A stretch of DNA of 64,000 bases from Chloroflexota bacterium. Lineage in GTDB: Bacteria; Chloroflexota; UBA11872; VXOZ01. This document shows positions 61,353 to 64,000 of the stretch, in pieces; the stretch's first letter is position 1; each line of letters begins with the position of its first letter. The DNA lies in the NCBI GenBank assembly GCA_963662335.2, contig CAXXVD010000005.1, forward strand, positions 256,001-320,000. The letters are read 5' to 3'. The translations under genes and the position numbers were made by a program. The notes beneath the pieces were generated by a model that worked only from the letters and a program-made list of their open reading frames with translations, was not told the origin of the DNA and searched no databases.

Positions 61353-63029
61353 ATGCTCGAGCATGACGTACTCGTAGTTGGCGCCGGCCTGGCCGGTATG
61401 CAGGCCGCCTTGCACGCGGCGCGGCAGGGCGTCAGCGTCGCCATCCTCACCAAGGTGCACCCGGTGCGCAGCCACTCCAACGCGGCGCAGGGCGGCATCA
61501 ACGCCGCCATGGAAGACGACGACCCCTGGGAAGACCACGCCTACGATACGGTGAAGGGCAGCGACTACCTGGGCGACCAGGACGCCATCGAGGTGCTGTG
61601 CAGCGAAGCGCCAGAGACCATCATCGACCTCGAGCACATGGGCCTCATCTTCAACCGGGGTTCGCGCGGCCAGATCGACCTGCGCGCCTTTGGCGGCCAG
61701 GCGCGCAAACGCACCTGCTACGTGGCCGACATTACCGGCCAGGTGATGCTCCACGTCATCTACGAGCAACTGATGAAGGCCGGTACGCACGTCTACGAAG
61801 AGTGGTTCGTGACCTCACTCGTGCGCCAGAATGACGCGGTCTGCGGCGTGGTGGCCCTGGACCTGCGCACCGGCGCGCTGGAACTCATACGGGCGAAAGC
61901 CGTTATCCTCTGCACCGGCGGCGCGGGGCGGGTCTACGAGCCCAGCAGCAACGCCCTCATCTGCACCGGCGACGGCTACGCCCAGGCCTACCGGGTCGGC
62001 GCGCCGCTCATGGACATGGAGATGGTGCAGTACCATCCCACCACCCTGCCGGGCAACGGCGCGCTCATGACCGAAGGCGCGCGTGGCGAAGGGGCGTACC
62101 TCATCAACGCCGACGGCGAGCGCTTCATGGAGCGCTACGCCCCGAACATGATGGAACTCGCCTCCCGCGACGTGGTCTCACGCGCCGAGCAGACCGAGAT
62201 CAACGAGGGCCGGGACATCGACGGCTGCGTGCTTCTTGACGTCCGCCATCTCGACCGCAACACGATCTTGCAGAAACTCAGCCAGATCCGCGAACTGGGC
62301 CTGGAGTACGAGGGCGTGGACATCATCGAAGAGCCGTGTCCCGTGCGGCCCGGCATGCACTACATGATGGGCGGCATCAAGACGGACATCCAGGGGGCCA
62401 CCTTCGTCAAGGGCCTCTATTCCGCCGGCGAAGCGGCCTGCGTCTCGGTGCACGGCGGCAACCGCCTGGGCGCGAACTCGCTGCTGGATACGTTGGTCTT
62501 TGGCAAGCGCGCCGGCGAGTCCGCGGTGCTCTACGCCGACGGCATCCCGTTCGCGGACGTGCCGGACTCGCGCCTGCAGGAAGACCGGGAACACATCGAG
62601 CGCATCCTGGCCCGCAACGGCGACGACGGCGAGCGCGCCGCCACCCTGCGCCTGGCCATGGGACAGACCATGCACGAGCACGTCGGCGTCTTCCGCGACC
62701 AAAAGGGGCTGGAGCAGGCCCAGGCCACCATCGCAAGCCTGAAGGAACGCTATGCCAACGTGCGCGTTGACGACACGGGCAAGGTCTTCAATACCGACCT
62801 GCTCTTTGCCCTGGAGGTCGGCCTGATGCTCGACGTGGCCGAGGCGATCGTGTCCAGCGCGCTCTTCCGCACCGAGAGCCGGGGCGCGCACTACCGCACC
62901 GATTTTGCCGACCGCAACGACGACGAATGGCTGAAGCATACGTTGGTCTTCCACGCCGAAACGGGCCCGCGCCTGGAGACCCTGCCGGTCACGATTACCC
63001 AGTGGCAACCCGCGCAAAGGACGTATTAG
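61353..63029 (+). CDS. sdhA: Succinate dehydrogenase/fumarate reductase flavoprotein subunit
   Basis: VGAGLAG, RSHSNAAQGG, QYHPT, EGARGEG, HYMMGG, HGGNRLGANSL, ESRGAH. Confidence 0.95.
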   Translation: MLEHDVLVVGAGLAGMQAALHAARQGVSVAILTKVHPVRSHSNAAQGGINAAMEDDDPWEDHAYDTVKGSDYLGDQDAIEVLCSEAPETIIDLEHMGLIFNRGSRGQIDLRAFGGQARKRTCYVADITGQVMLHVIYEQLMKAGTHVYEEWFVTSLVRQNDAVCGVVALDLRTGALELIRAKAVILCTGGAGRVYEPSSNALICTGDGYAQAYRVGAPLMDMEMVQYHPTTLPGNGALMTEGARGEGAYLINADGERFMERYAPNMMELASRDVVSRAEQTEINEGRDIDGCVLLDVRHLDRNTILQKLSQIRELGLEYEGVDIIEEPCPVRPGMHYMMGGIKTDIQGATFVKGLYSAGEAACVSVHGGNRLGANSLLDTLVFGKRAGESAVLYADGIPFADVPDSRLQEDREHIERILARNGDDGERAATLRLAMGQTMHEHVGVFRDQKGLEQAQATIASLKERYANVRVDDTGKVFNTDLLFALEVGLMLDVAEAIVSSALFRTESRGAHYRTDFADRNDDEWLKHTLVFHAETGPRLETLPVTITQWQPAQRTY

Positions 63030-64000
63030 ATGCAATTCACGCTCAACGTCCGCCGCTACGACCCGGAGGCGGAAAATCCCGCGCCCTACTGGCGCGAATA
63101 CGAGGTGGACGTGCCCGAGAACGCCTCGGTGTTGGACTGCCTCATCCACATTCGCGAGTACGTGGACGGCACGCTGGCGGTGCGGTGCTCCTGCCGCTCC
63201 GCCATCTGCGGCTCGTGCATGATGCGCGTCAACGGCCAGGCGCGCTTGGCCTGCGCCACCAAAGCCAAAGACATGCAGGCGGACGGCGCGGCGATCACCG
63301 TAGAACCGGGCGGCAACATGCCGGTGCTCAAAGACCTCATCGTGGACATGGATGTCTTCTGGAACAAGATTCGCCAGGTGAAACCCTGGCTGGAGCCGGT
63401 GCAGCCCGTGCCCGAACGCGAGTACCTAGTGCCCAACGAGACCATTCTCGACCTCACCGTGGCCATGAATTGCGTTATGTGCGGCGCGTGCGTGTCCGAC
63501 TGCACCTCATTGGAGGTGGACAAGAACTTCATCGGCCCGGCGGCGCTGGCCAAGGCCTACCGCTTCGTGGACGACCCCCGCGACGACACGCGGCAGGAAC
63601 GGCTGGAAGAACTGAGCGAGTACGGCGGCGTCTACGACTGCACCCATTGCTTCTTCTGCGTCGAGGTCTGCCCGAAAGACGTGGCGCCGCTGGACCGCAT
63701 CGTGGAGATTCGCGAGCGCGCCCAGAACGCCGGCGTCACCAACAACGCCGGCACCCGCCACGCCAAGGCCTTCGAGGGCATCATCCGCGACAGCGGCATC
63801 CTGGACGAGCCGATGGTCTTGCTGAAGTCAATCGGCATGAATCCGGTCGAACAGCTCAAGAACGTGCCCGGCGGCGTGCGCCTCTTGCGCGCCGGCAAGT
63901 TGCCGCTGGCATCCGGCCCGTTCCACCACAAGATTCCCGGCCACGACAACGTCAAGCGCCTCTTCGAGCGGGTGGAAGCGGTGGAAGAAGCGCAGCCGGC
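63030..64000 (+). CDS. sdhB: Succinate dehydrogenase iron-sulfur subunit, running off the window edge
   Basis: Not in the ORF track. Manual translation from ATG 63030: SCRSAICGSC..C, CVMCGACVSDC, CTHCFFCVEVCP, then a long C-terminal extension. Confidence 0.92.
   Translation, partial: MQFTLNVRRYDPEAENPAPYWREYEVDVPENASVLDCLIHIREYVDGTLAVRCSCRSAICGSCMMRVNGQARLACATKAKDMQADGAAITVEPGGNMPVLKDLIVDMDVFWNKIRQVKPWLEPVQPVPEREYLVPNETILDLTVAMNCVMCGACVSDCTSLEVDKNFIGPAALAKAYRFVDDPRDDTRQERLEELSEYGGVYDCTHCFFCVEVCPKDVAPLDRIVEIRERAQNAGVTNNAGTRHAKAFEGIIRDSGILDEPMVLLKSIGMNPVEQLKNVPGGVRLLRAGKLPLASGPFHHKIPGHDNVKRLFERVEAVEEAQP

Overview
High-GC bacterial chromosomal window, most consistent with a Chloroflexota genome (inferred from gene content, not proven). 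It is mostly metabolic and housekeeping DNA. It holds many oxidoreductases (SDR x2, Gfo/Idh/MocA x3, AKR, Ldh_2) and two MFS transporters. A selenocysteine-dependent, split NAD-linked formate dehydrogenase locus runs mobA / fdh-alpha(Sec) / nuoEF-like / FeS subunit / fdhD; the ORF track breaks the alpha gene at its UGA. A split cobalamin-independent methionine synthase heads an acyP-FecR-acpS-nnr run. There is also a HicB plus HEPN/MNT toxin-antitoxin islet, a complete archaeal-style mre11-rad50-nurA-HAS-barrel-herA locus and a TCA cluster (sucCD, korAB, sdhAB of the non-classical type). Intergenic DNA carries several palindromic REP-like families, two of which have inserted in frame into the DNA-repair genes. 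The most unusual candidates are a single-polypeptide ECF sigma / anti-sigma-like / TM / beta-propeller fusion, AcpS fused to a degenerate P-loop domain, and the REP-invaded DNA end-resection locus. No tRNA, rRNA, CRISPR array or transposase was recognised.
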